DNA from: a virus
Taxonomy: Duplodnaviria > Caudoviricetes
DNA length: 52,928 nucleotides
Virus record (IMG/VR): IMGVR_UViG_3300037509_000106
Coordinates: 1-52,928 of that record
Strand: one strand, 5' to 3'
The notes below the pieces were generated by a model. The model was given only the letters and a program-made list of their open reading frames with translations, did not search any database and was not told where the DNA came from. This document shows, piece after piece, positions 33,710 to 42,023 of this stretch. Position numbers and translations under genes: made by a program. Numbering within the stretch: the first letter of the stretch is position 1; every line of letters begins with the position of its first letter.

Positions 33710-35954
33710 GGGCCACCTCCCGCCGGACTGGCTTAGCCTTCCGTACGATCTCCGGCCGCGCGATCATCTCCGGCACGTTCGCGCGAACGAGCGCCTCGGC
33801 CACCGGAGGACAGACGGAATTGCCGCACATGCGGACCTGCTCCGTCTTGGTAAGCATCCGGCCATCGGCACCGCGATCGATGATGTAGCCCGGCCTGAAC
33901 CCCTGTGCCGCGTAGAGCTCCTTGGGCTGGAGCATCCGCATGGCGATGTCGGCCAGCACATAGGTCTGCCCGTCGATCGCCACCGTCACGAAGCCGAAGT
34001 TGTCGATCGTCGGCACCGTCCTCAACGGGTCGGTGACCTCCTGGCCAATGCCAGTTCCGTAGTAGGTGGACAAGAACGAGGCTACGAGTCCCGCTTTGCC
34101 TTGGCCGTTACCGGTGACGGTCCCAATGGGCGCGTCTGCCACGTTCCCTACGCTCTGGCCGAAGTCGCGCTGGATATGAGCTGCCACCACCGACTGGCGC
34201 GAGCCCTGGGCGCATACCGTGCCGTTCGGTTCCTCCATCGTCCGCCCAGCCCGATTGTCCCACCCGTTGTTGTTCTGGTCTAGGAATGCCGCCGCGACGC
34301 CGTGGTGCATCCCGCCGGCGCTGACCGTGTCCAGCGGGTCCTGCGGATCGGCGTCGGTCGAGGTGCCGCGCTGCTTGATGAGCGAAACCCCGACGAGGCT
34401 ATGGTTGGCCCCCTTGCCGGTGATGGTGGCGGTCGGTCCCTCGACTGGACGACCGTCGCCGCTGTTATCCGCCGCGAAGCCTCCTGCGTTAGTAGCCAGG
34501 AACGACGACACCAGCCCAAAGCGGTTCTCGCACCCCTGGGTCCGCAGCGGCTCCGTCAGGTCGATGCCGCGGCCGTCGCCACCCGGTCCCCCGTAGAAGC
34601 TGGACACGCTGGCCGCCACCAGGCTCCCGCCGTTGCCGCTGTTGACCACCGTGGGCATCGGATCCTCGACGGAGCGGGCCCTAGGCACTTGGCCGTCGCG
34701 CTCGCCGTAGCGGGGCACCATGCAGGGTGCGACCACCGCATGATGAGTGCCCCCGGCCACCACCGTACGGAGTGGCTCGTCGATCGCGGTGTGCGGCTTG
34801 TCGCCGTGGTTGTTCTTGACGATCAGCGGCGCGACGATAGAGTGCTCCGCCTTCGTGGTGATCGTCGTGAGCGGATCGGCGGGGCTGTTCGAGTAGGCCC
34901 CGTTCCCGCCCTGCTGGCCGGATCGCACCACAACCGGAGAAACCACAGCGTGAGCGTCGCGGGCGCTTGTCACGGTCCGCATCGGCTCGTCCAGGTCCCA
35001 GGCCCGCTGCCAAGATCCGCCGTGGTTCAACGTGACCAGGTACGGCCGGGGGTTGTCCAGCACGTACCGCTTCACGCCCCTGGCGATCCGCCGTTCCGTG
35101 TTGGCCGCCAGAGGACGGATGGGGGCCGCTTGCCCGTGTGCTTTGCCCCACGCCTTCGCCTCTTCCTTGGTAGCGAAGATCGAGAGCATGGGGATGCTCC
35201 AATCAATACACTCGGCGGCAGTACGGTACGGCTGCTTCCGGCCTGGTCCGTGCGTCGGCTCTGGCCACACGATGTCTTGGCCGTCGCAACGGGCGATCAG
35301 GAACAGGCGCTTGCGGATCGTGGGGGTGCCGTAATCACAGGCACGGAGCTCCCGCCACTCGACCTTGTAGCCAAGGTCGGTCAACGACTTCACCCACCGC
35401 TTGAACGTGCGGCCCCTTCTCTTCGGGCACGGCCGCAGGGCGTCGGGCTTGCCGACGAGCGGGCCCCACTGGGCGAACTCCTCGACGTTCTCCAGCACGA
35501 TCACGCGCGGTCGGACCTGGCCCGCCCATCGGGTGACCACCCACGCGAGGGCCCGCCGCTTCCGCGTCTTACTCCTGATCGGCTTCCCGCCTCTCGCTTT
35601 GCTGTGAAAGGTGCAGTCCGGGCTGGCCCACAGGAACCCGACGGGGCGACCTTCCGTCACCACGCGCGGATCCACCTCGAACACGTCGGAGACGTGGTGG
35701 CGGGTCAGTTGGTGGTTCGCCTGGTGGAGCGACACCGCTGCCGCGTCGTGATTGATGGCGATGTCCACCTGCCGCCCGAGCGCCTGCTCGATGCCGCTAC
35801 TGGCTCCGCCACCACCTGCGAACAGGTCGACGATTAGCTCGTCGTGGGTGTCCAGCAGAAGCTGGGGGAATAGGGACGAGCCCGCTCCGGTGCCTGACCG
35901 CAAGGGTTCAGACCCTCCGGTATGGCGGGCTCTGGGATGATTATAGCGCTTCAC
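33699..35954 (-). CDS. DNA cytosine-5 methyltransferase with repeat-expanded variable region
   Basis: DLFAGGGG, SPDC, LENV, RKRLF, GNSV motifs. Confidence 0.95.
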   Translation of the reverse strand: MKRYNHPRARHTGGSEPLRSGTGAGSSLFPQLLLDTHDELIVDLFAGGGGASSGIEQALGRQVDIAINHDAAAVSLHQANHQLTRHHVSDVFEVDPRVVTEGRPVGFLWASPDCTFHSKARGGKPIRSKTRKRRALAWVVTRWAGQVRPRVIVLENVEEFAQWGPLVGKPDALRPCPKRRGRTFKRWVKSLTDLGYKVEWRELRACDYGTPTIRKRLFLIARCDGQDIVWPEPTHGPGRKQPYRTAAECIDWSIPMLSIFATKEEAKAWGKAHGQAAPIRPLAANTERRIARGVKRYVLDNPRPYLVTLNHGGSWQRAWDLDEPMRTVTSARDAHAVVSPVVVRSGQQGGNGAYSNSPADPLTTITTKAEHSIVAPLIVKNNHGDKPHTAIDEPLRTVVAGGTHHAVVAPCMVPRYGERDGQVPRARSVEDPMPTVVNSGNGGSLVAASVSSFYGGPGGDGRGIDLTEPLRTQGCENRFGLVSSFLATNAGGFAADNSGDGRPVEGPTATITGKGANHSLVGVSLIKQRGTSTDADPQDPLDTVSAGGMHHGVAAAFLDQNNNGWDNRAGRTMEEPNGTVCAQGSRQSVVAAHIQRDFGQSVGNVADAPIGTVTGNGQGKAGLVASFLSTYYGTGIGQEVTDPLRTVPTIDNFGFVTVAIDGQTYVLADIAMRMLQPKELYAAQGFRPGYIIDRGADGRMLTKTEQVRMCGNSVCPPVAEALVRANVPEMIARPEIVRKAKPVRREVALAS

Positions 35955-36827
35955 TTAGGCCACCTCCATCAGGGCCGGTTGCATCCGCGCGGATACCGTG
36001 GGACTAAGCCAAAGGGACTCCACCCGGTCTCGTGCGCCATCGGCATGGGTGCCGACGTCGACACGGGCCCAGCGCCCGAACAGACCGTCGTAGAGCTCAC
36101 TGCGGTAGCCGCTAACGACGACCATTCCGGAGAGAGCCCGAACCTCCTCCGCGAAGCGCTGGTGGTCCGCGTCGGTCATCTCGTGGCGGTAGTTGTGCTT
36201 GTTGCAGTGAGGATTTCCTTTGCTGCGGGTGGAGTGGACATAGGGCGGGTCGCAGTAGTGCAACGTTTCGGGTGAATCGTGCTGCGCCATAACCGCCACG
36301 GCATCGCGGTTCTCGATAACGACCCCTCGGAGCCGGTCGACAACCGCAGGAATGTTTGCCGGGTAGTTTCGCCAGTCGTGCGCCGGCGTCGTGTTGGCTC
36401 GGTTGGAGTTGGATCGAAAGCCGGTGTTCGGCCTAAACCCGGTCGAACTCGGCGAGGATCCGGTCGCCCCGGAATTGCCGAACCCCATCGCGGCACGGAT
36501 CAGCAATCGACGGGCTCGTTCGACCGTGTCGCCAGTCGGGTCGAACGAGCCGCTGAACTCGTCTCGCGCGAAGGGCGTCAGCTCCACCATCGCCCTTAGC
36601 CTCTTCGACTCTTCCGGATCCCGAAGGACGCGGAAGAGGTTGACGATCTCGCCATCTAGATCGTTGTAGACCTCGGCATAGGCCCGCGGCTTCCGTAGCA
36701 GGACGCTCGCTCCACCACCGAACGGCTCGACGTAAACCCGATGCTCCGGGAAGTGGGAGATGATCCACGGGGCCAGCTTCCACTTGCCGCCGTGGTAGCG
36801 AAGAACCGGGCGCTTTGGCGCGGGCAT
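35955..36827 (-). CDS. DNA adenine methyltransferase (D12/Dam class)
   Basis: RYHGGK, YVEPFGGG, YNDLD, YCDPPY. Confidence 0.95.
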   Translation of the reverse strand: MPAPKRPVLRYHGGKWKLAPWIISHFPEHRVYVEPFGGGASVLLRKPRAYAEVYNDLDGEIVNLFRVLRDPEESKRLRAMVELTPFARDEFSGSFDPTGDTVERARRLLIRAAMGFGNSGATGSSPSSTGFRPNTGFRSNSNRANTTPAHDWRNYPANIPAVVDRLRGVVIENRDAVAVMAQHDSPETLHYCDPPYVHSTRSKGNPHCNKHNYRHEMTDADHQRFAEEVRALSGMVVVSGYRSELYDGLFGRWARVDVGTHADGARDRVESLWLSPTVSARMQPALMEVA

Positions 36828-37535
36828 CTAGGCCACCTCCAGATCCATCGCGTACTGCCCACGCGAATCCAACACAAGGTCGACCGGTTGCTCGGGCGCG
36901 CACGACGGTCCGCCGAGTAGGTGGAACGGCGGCGTCGGCCACGCGCTCCACGTCTCCAGCGTGATCGAGTTGCGGTGCCGCACGACGGCCGGGATGCCGG
37001 AGAGGGCGAGGTTCGTGTACGCCATGTGGACGGCGGTCAGGTCGACGTCGTCGCAGTCCACCCGCAGACGGGTCCGCGTAACGCCGCGCTCCTCGAGGGC
37101 CTCTGCCACCGCGAGCACCATGGCCGCCGAGCCGCACGCGGGCTCGCTGAGGGTCAGGGTCCGATCCTTTGGCAGGTCAGTCGGCAAGATCAGCCGCGCC
37201 GTGAGCCGGCACACGTCCTGGGGCGTGTAGAACGCGCCCAGCTGCTGGTGATCGCCCTGAGAGCCCCACTCCATGTGGATCGGGCCTAGGAGGTCCTCGT
37301 AGGGGTTGCGGTCCATCTCGAGCGCGAGGACGCCGAGCCCTTCGCCGAACGCGTTGAGCTGAGGCCTCTCCCAGCGTCCGGCTTCCGCCAGGTACTCCGT
37401 CTCACGGCTGCCAAAGCTCAGGCAGCACGCGGTGAAGAGGGCGAAGGCGCGGAATACGTCGGACCGGCGCCGACCGCTGTCGCTGGAGATCGTCTCCAGG
37501 ATCTTTACGAGGTCAGGTACGGGTTTACGCGCCAT
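36828..37535 (-). CDS. N6-methyltransferase-like protein lacking the catalytic NPPY motif
   Basis: GAFYTP, EPACGS, DVDLTAVHMAYTNL; ends with no (N/D)PP(Y/F). Confidence 0.8.
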   Translation of the reverse strand: MARKPVPDLVKILETISSDSGRRRSDVFRAFALFTACCLSFGSRETEYLAEAGRWERPQLNAFGEGLGVLALEMDRNPYEDLLGPIHMEWGSQGDHQQLGAFYTPQDVCRLTARLILPTDLPKDRTLTLSEPACGSAAMVLAVAEALEERGVTRTRLRVDCDDVDLTAVHMAYTNLALSGIPAVVRHRNSITLETWSAWPTPPFHLLGGPSCAPEQPVDLVLDSRGQYAMDLEVA

Positions 37536-37608
37536 GGTCGACCTCCGCTATGAGGAGCGGCCAACCGCCGGTGCCGCAAGCCGGATCGAAGACGACGGCG
37601 CTATCCAT
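37525..37608 (-). CDS. 27-aa mini-ORF encoding only MTase motif I (or remnant)
   Basis: MDSAVVFDPACGTGGWPLLIAEVDHGA; GAGG upstream; overlaps both neighbours. Confidence 0.6.
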   Translation of the reverse strand: MDSAVVFDPACGTGGWPLLIAEVDHGA

Positions 37609-38170
37609 GCCGGTCCTCCGGCCTCACCCAAGGCTTCTCGATCAGCCGGAAGAAGTCGATCTCTTCCGGCGTGTGCATCACCTGGCCCCGGTCGTGCAGC
37701 CGCCAGCCGTGAACTCGCTGGCCACTCAGCAGGAAGCCGCCCTGCGACTGAGGCATGACCAACTTCTTGGAGAACTCCGGGTTGCCGGTTCGGATCGCGA
37801 GGGTGACGCCCCACTGCTCCGCCGAGCACGCAAAGACGTCCAGACCGAATCCCTCGAACACGACGCGCTGCCAGTTCGGGCCGAAGCACGGACGGTCGTT
37901 GACGTCGAGCCGGTCCTGCAGGACGCTGCCGCGCAAGGACTTGGCCAACTCGAACTGGCGGTTTACCGGGACCTCCTCAGCAAGCAAGGAAGTAGGGTCG
38001 GGGGCCAGCTCCACCTTCGGCACGCACACGATCTCCACGTCGCCGACCTCCGGCTTTCGGCGGCGGATGCTGCCCGCCACTTCGATGCGGTCGCAGACGG
38101 GGGCGAAGAGAGTAACTGCGAGGGCGGCGATGCCTTCGGCTGTCGCCAACGAAATGCGGTCCTTAACCAC
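37601..38170 (-). CDS. Minimal family X DNA polymerase / Pol beta nucleotidyltransferase (189 aa)
   Basis: AGSIRRRKPEVGDVEIV, LDVF, RTGNPEF, EEIDFF...PWVRPEDR. Confidence 0.85.
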   Translation of the reverse strand: MVKDRISLATAEGIAALAVTLFAPVCDRIEVAGSIRRRKPEVGDVEIVCVPKVELAPDPTSLLAEEVPVNRQFELAKSLRGSVLQDRLDVNDRPCFGPNWQRVVFEGFGLDVFACSAEQWGVTLAIRTGNPEFSKKLVMPQSQGGFLLSGQRVHGWRLHDRGQVMHTPEEIDFFRLIEKPWVRPEDRHG

Positions 38171-38831
38171 GGCTTGCCTCCCAGGCCTGGATGATCGTCG
38201 GGTACACCGGCCGCAGCAGCTCCAGCATCGCCTCCGCGTAGACACGGATCTCGTACTGAGCGTGCGGGTCCAGCCGAAGACCCAGCATGTGCAGGGTGTT
38301 GTGGAGGTCGCACTGCCAGTACCACTCGGTGTAGGTGCCGCAGGGCAGAACGGTGCGGGCCAGCTCGTTGCTGAGCCCCATCTCGATCAGCTCCTCATAG
38401 GTGTCGAAGGCTAGGCTGCAGCGCCCGAGGATCAGGTTGCGGCAGTCGTGCGGGTAGGCGACCAGCTCCACTGCGCTGCCTTGCTTGTTGCTCGTGCTCT
38501 GCTTCTGGCAGCGCTCGGGCTCGGGGACGTAGAACTCGCGCGCAGCCTGGACGTAGCGGTAGCTGATCTCGTTGATGCTGGCCGTGCGATGCCGCACGAG
38601 CTGGCGCGCCACGAAGATCGGCATCTTCATGTAGAAGCACACCTGGCAGAACTCGAGGGGCGTGGTGTGCCGGTTCCGGACGAGGTAGTTCGTCAGGCGG
38701 GCGTTCTCCTCGGCGGTGCGCTCTTGGCGGTTGCGGTAGCTCGTGCGGGCGGTGTTGGCGGGCGTCTGGTCGTCGCCCATCGTGTCCACCAGCGCCACGA
38801 AGCCGTGGTTTAGGACCTTGATCTCATTCAT
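38163..38831 (-). CDS. thyX: FAD-dependent thymidylate synthase
   Basis: HTTPLE, RQLVRHRTASINEISYRY, ELARTVLP, HAQYEIR. Confidence 0.97.
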   Translation of the reverse strand: MNEIKVLNHGFVALVDTMGDDQTPANTARTSYRNRQERTAEENARLTNYLVRNRHTTPLEFCQVCFYMKMPIFVARQLVRHRTASINEISYRYVQAAREFYVPEPERCQKQSTSNKQGSAVELVAYPHDCRNLILGRCSLAFDTYEELIEMGLSNELARTVLPCGTYTEWYWQCDLHNTLHMLGLRLDPHAQYEIRVYAEAMLELLRPVYPTIIQAWEASRG

Positions 38832-39051
38832 TGGGAAGGGTCCCCTCCTGGAATGCGATCTCCCGGTCCAGGTACCAGCGGGCCTTCTTCAGGTCCTCGA
38901 TCCCGTTCTTGTCCCGGTGCCGGAGCACGTACTTGACCACGTTGCCCAGGCAGAACGATTGGTGGAGCCCGAACTCCTCGATGATCCGCATCACGCGGTC
39001 GCCGCGGTAGTGGGCGGGGTTGACCGCGTCAGTCTTCTGCTCGTCCGTCAT
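38824..39051 (-). CDS. DUF3310 family protein
   Basis: VNPAHY, FCLGNVVKYVLR, KNGIEDLKKARWYL. Confidence 0.92.
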   Translation of the reverse strand: MTDEQKTDAVNPAHYRGDRVMRIIEEFGLHQSFCLGNVVKYVLRHRDKNGIEDLKKARWYLDREIAFQEGTLPNE

Positions 39052-39560
39052 GCGGCACCGCCTTCCACCAGGTCGAAGCTCCGCTGCGCGTCCCCTTTCA
39101 GGGTCGCCTTCACCAGCCGGTCAAGGTTCGGCATCCACGCGCCATGGCGGCTCGCCACGTCCTCGAACTCCTCCACGTCGTGCCCGACGATGGTGTAGAC
39201 CTCCTCATCGGCCTCGTCCATCTCCAGGACGCAGTGCTTGAGCTCGTGGTCGACCAGCGCCAGCTGTTGGGCTGCAGAGATCTTGCACCAGGCCTCGTAC
39301 CAGACCATGACGAGGAAGAAGGGCTCGGGAACGATGGCGCTCTCGCCGGCCTCCTTCGCCTCGCTGTGGCGGGTGTAGTAGCTTGCGAGTCCGTTCACCA
39401 CTCGTGCGGTGGCGAGGCACTTGCGGCCGTTCTTCTTCTCGGCGGTGGAGCGGAACACGTATTCCACCCGTGCGTTCACGAGGTCGTTGCGCCACCGTCG
39501 GACGACGTCCCGGGCGACCTCCTCCACTTCGGGCGCGGGCCAAAAAGCAACGTCAGGCAT
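39048..39560 (-). CDS. Putative phage metallopeptidase
   Basis: ALVDHELKH and GHDVEEFEDVASRHG. Confidence 0.88.
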   Translation of the reverse strand: MPDVAFWPAPEVEEVARDVVRRWRNDLVNARVEYVFRSTAEKKNGRKCLATARVVNGLASYYTRHSEAKEAGESAIVPEPFFLVMVWYEAWCKISAAQQLALVDHELKHCVLEMDEADEEVYTIVGHDVEEFEDVASRHGAWMPNLDRLVKATLKGDAQRSFDLVEGGAA

Positions 39561-39825
39561 CGCAGATCGTTCCTTCCGAGATCCACTCGGGGCCTTTGGT
39601 AAGGTGCTGTGGTCGCTCCGCTATCTCGCGCACCTTGAGCTGGTTTGCGGGCGCGGGCCCGCACTCGACGATCACGCACGTGACGGCCTTTTCGGGGTTC
39701 GGCTGGCCGATGGGACTCTCGAAGTCCACGTCGACGAACTGGTTCTCCATGTAGTCGCCGGAGTAGGGCAGGCTCTTCAGGCCCGCGACGCTCTTCGGCG
39801 CTTCGTTGGTGCGGGGGCTAGCCAC
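39553..39825 (-). CDS. Hypothetical protein (90 aa)
   Basis: Overlapping-coupled ORF in the middle operon. Confidence 0.55.
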   Translation of the reverse strand: MASPRTNEAPKSVAGLKSLPYSGDYMENQFVDVDFESPIGQPNPEKAVTCVIVECGPAPANQLKVREIAERPQHLTKGPEWISEGTICDA

Positions 39826-40075
39826 GGACGACCGCCTTCCCGCTCCACAGGCTGGCCAGTAGGTTGAGCAACCGGTGGCGCTTGCTCCGCCGGACCTGCT
39901 CGGCCGCCTCGTCGCGCATGGCGATCAGCGCGGGCAGGGCCTCGACGATGGGGCAGTACTCGATCATGCCGTCCACCGCGCTAAGGGCTTCGTTCCACCG
40001 CCGCAGGGCGTGGGCGCGGTGGTAGGTGTCGCGCGCGAGGTTGTAGTCGCGCAGGATCTCGGATTCGGATTCCAT
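39818..40075 (-). CDS. Hypothetical helical protein (85 aa)
   Basis: ATG at 40075 preceded by GAGGAGG. Confidence 0.65.
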   Translation of the reverse strand: MESESEILRDYNLARDTYHRAHALRRWNEALSAVDGMIEYCPIVEALPALIAMRDEAAEQVRRSKRHRLLNLLASLWSGKAVVRG

Positions 40076-40085
40076 TGGGCCTCCT

Positions 40086-40397
40086 CTAGGCTTGGTCGGG
40101 GAGGCCGGGTGTATCATGTACTTGTGCTGCACATGGGGCCCCGGCCTCGCTAGTCACATCGCCCCGCACCTGGTCAGAGGTCGGGGCTTCCGTTTGTTTG
40201 CCGCCTGCTCTCAGCCTCGCAATGGTCTTCTCGATCAACGACTGCGAGCACTCGAACTTCTTTGCAGCTCCTGCGAGACTCGAATCGGGCTCGGCTAGAT
40301 ATGCGACCAGCTCCAGCGCTTTGCGGGTGTCGGAGAACTTCCCTTTCGGGCCACGCTTCCGCGCGGGAATGAGGGCTGGCGGAATTGCGTCAAACAT
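40086..40397 (-). CDS. Cro-like HTH regulator
   Basis: HTH SLAGAAKKFECSQSLIEKTIARL; divergent from the repressor. Confidence 0.75.
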   Translation of the reverse strand: MFDAIPPALIPARKRGPKGKFSDTRKALELVAYLAEPDSSLAGAAKKFECSQSLIEKTIARLRAGGKQTEAPTSDQVRGDVTSEAGAPCAAQVHDTPGLPDQA

Positions 40398-40421
40398 GCG
40401 TCCATTGTGCGTTTAGACCTA
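40386..40421. promoter_or_regulatory. Operator array over the cro start
   Basis: TGCGTCAA, TGCGTCCA and TGCGTTTA at 40386, 40397 and 40408 (11-bp period). Confidence 0.65.
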
Positions 40422-40466
40422 CGGCTTCGGCAAGGGTGATCGATAATAAAACCGCAAAATTCCCGC

Positions 40467-41228
40467 ATGGCTGCGCAGAAATGGGCGAAGGAGGGCAAGG
40501 TGCTAGGTGAGTTGATTCTCGATCGTGGTTACAGACACAACGAGTTCGCGGACATGATGAACGTCTCAACTGACGTCATGAGCAACCTCGTCCGGGGGAT
40601 CACGCAACTCCGGGGGTCTAGGCGGAAAAAGGCCGCCGCGCTGCTCGGCATGGACGAGCTTGAACTCAAACAGCACCTCGACGGGGGTGGAGGCCCGATT
40701 GCGATCACGCTTCCAACGGCATCCTTAAGTCGGTCGAGCGGAGTCCAAGACGATCAGACAACGGTGAACATAGCGGGGAAGGTTCATGTGGTCCGCAAAG
40801 GCCAACGGCTTGTCCCGATTTATGGGGCACTTCCTGCCGGTTCACCCGCTGCAAGCTACTCGAACGCAATTTCCGCAGAAATCCTGCCTGACTGGGGGAC
40901 TGAGCATGAGCGGTGGGGTCGAGTGATTACTGGCGACTCGATGACACCTGAGTTTACGGAGGGAGACGTTGCGATTTTCGAGGATAGGGTTCCCGCCGAC
41001 TATCACGGTGTCCACGCCCGGAACGAGAACGAGGATGTGTTCAAGATCCTGCGGAAGAGCCCGATGACCGGAGCTGAACTGTGGCCGTGCAACAGAGAGG
41101 ACCACGAGCCGTTTAGCGCCAAGGATTGGACGATCCTCGGAGTCTGCATCATGAGGATCCGATATGGCGAAGGTGGAGTGAAAGACACCCGCGAGTACCC
41201 GTACGGTTTCTTCTGGCGCTTCCGGTAG
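40467..41228 (+). CDS. cI: CI-like repressor (HTH + S24 peptidase)
   Basis: N-terminal HTH; PIYGALPAG cleavage-site region; GDSM catalytic Ser; VFK catalytic Lys. Confidence 0.92.
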   Translation: MAAQKWAKEGKVLGELILDRGYRHNEFADMMNVSTDVMSNLVRGITQLRGSRRKKAAALLGMDELELKQHLDGGGGPIAITLPTASLSRSSGVQDDQTTVNIAGKVHVVRKGQRLVPIYGALPAGSPAASYSNAISAEILPDWGTEHERWGRVITGDSMTPEFTEGDVAIFEDRVPADYHGVHARNENEDVFKILRKSPMTGAELWPCNREDHEPFSAKDWTILGVCIMRIRYGEGGVKDTREYPYGFFWRFR

Positions 41229-41292
41229 ACGTATCAAACTTTACGTTTTTTTTACGTCTACGTTGTGCTCAGACGTATATTTGGCGTATATT
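41226..41292 (+). promoter_or_regulatory. Early promoter with operator array
   Basis: TAGACGTA-like sites at 41226, 41242, 41253, 41270, 41281; TATATT -10 at 41287-41292. Confidence 0.7.
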
Positions 41293-41332
41293 CCTCCTCG
41301 TAGCCCGCTGACCCGGGCATGAGGAGAGTCAA

Positions 41333-41476
41333 TTGCAGCACAAACCAACATCCAAGGAACGGGGGCCAGAGGCGGCTCCCCCACCGTCAACCCTCCGCAC
41401 CCTACTAGCGGAGCTGCGCGAAATCTTCTTCCCGTCCCGCCCGTGGGCCCGGATCGTCGTCATGGGGGCGCGCTAA
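41333..41476 (+). CDS. Small leader ORF (47 aa)
   Basis: GAGGAG SD before a TTG start; stop is 1 nt before the next gene. Confidence 0.5.
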   Translation: MQHKPTSKERGPEAAPPPSTLRTLLAELREIFFPSRPWARIVVMGAR

Positions 41477-41477
41477 G

Positions 41478-41687
41478 GTGCCTGCCACTCCGCAGACCTT
41501 CGAGGAGGCCAAGGCGAAAGCTCAGGCGTTCGCCGACCACACCCGGGTTCGAACGGCCGTCTACGCGACCTCGATGTTCGGCTATGGCTTTGCTCCTGCC
41601 GAGGATCTTCAGCCGGGCGGAGTCGCGGAATCGCTGACGGTGGTCGATTTCGTCCAGCCGTCCCAGCCGCAGGCGGTGCCCGCATGA
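41478..41687 (+). CDS. Hypothetical protein (69 aa)
   Basis: Coupled ORF in the early operon. Confidence 0.7.
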   Translation: MPATPQTFEEAKAKAQAFADHTRVRTAVYATSMFGYGFAPAEDLQPGGVAESLTVVDFVQPSQPQAVPA

Positions 41688-42022
41688 TCACCCAGGACGG
41701 CAACGTCATCGTCTTCAACCCGGCGGGCGACACGATCGTCGCTCCCCGCCGGGTGCTCGGCAAGTTCGAGGGTTACCCCGCCGACGTCGACTCTCCCCCA
41801 TACAAGGTGGACGTCGAGCACGTGCCCAGCCACGACTGCTGGCAGGCGCGGGTCCGCGAGATGTACGGACGGCGCTGGAACTGGGTCGGCGGCGACACGA
41901 TGGACGAGGCGATCGACGCGGCCCTCTTGCGGGCGGGTATCGATCCCGACGACCGTCACCTCTACGTCGCCAAGCAGCGGCCCGACGCCCTGAGGCTGGA
42001 CGTGGTCGAGAAGGTGGCCTGA
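41684..42022 (+). CDS. Hypothetical protein (112 aa)
   Basis: ATGA-coupled. Confidence 0.75.
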   Translation: MITQDGNVIVFNPAGDTIVAPRRVLGKFEGYPADVDSPPYKVDVEHVPSHDCWQARVREMYGRRWNWVGGDTMDEAIDAALLRAGIDPDDRHLYVAKQRPDALRLDVVEKVA

Positions 42023-42023
42023 G

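Noticed and set aside
33699-37535. Methyltransferases as part of a restriction-modification system
   Set aside because: No recognisable cognate REase or HsdR/HsdS; the adjacent nuclease looks like a phage resolvase/VRR-NUC type.
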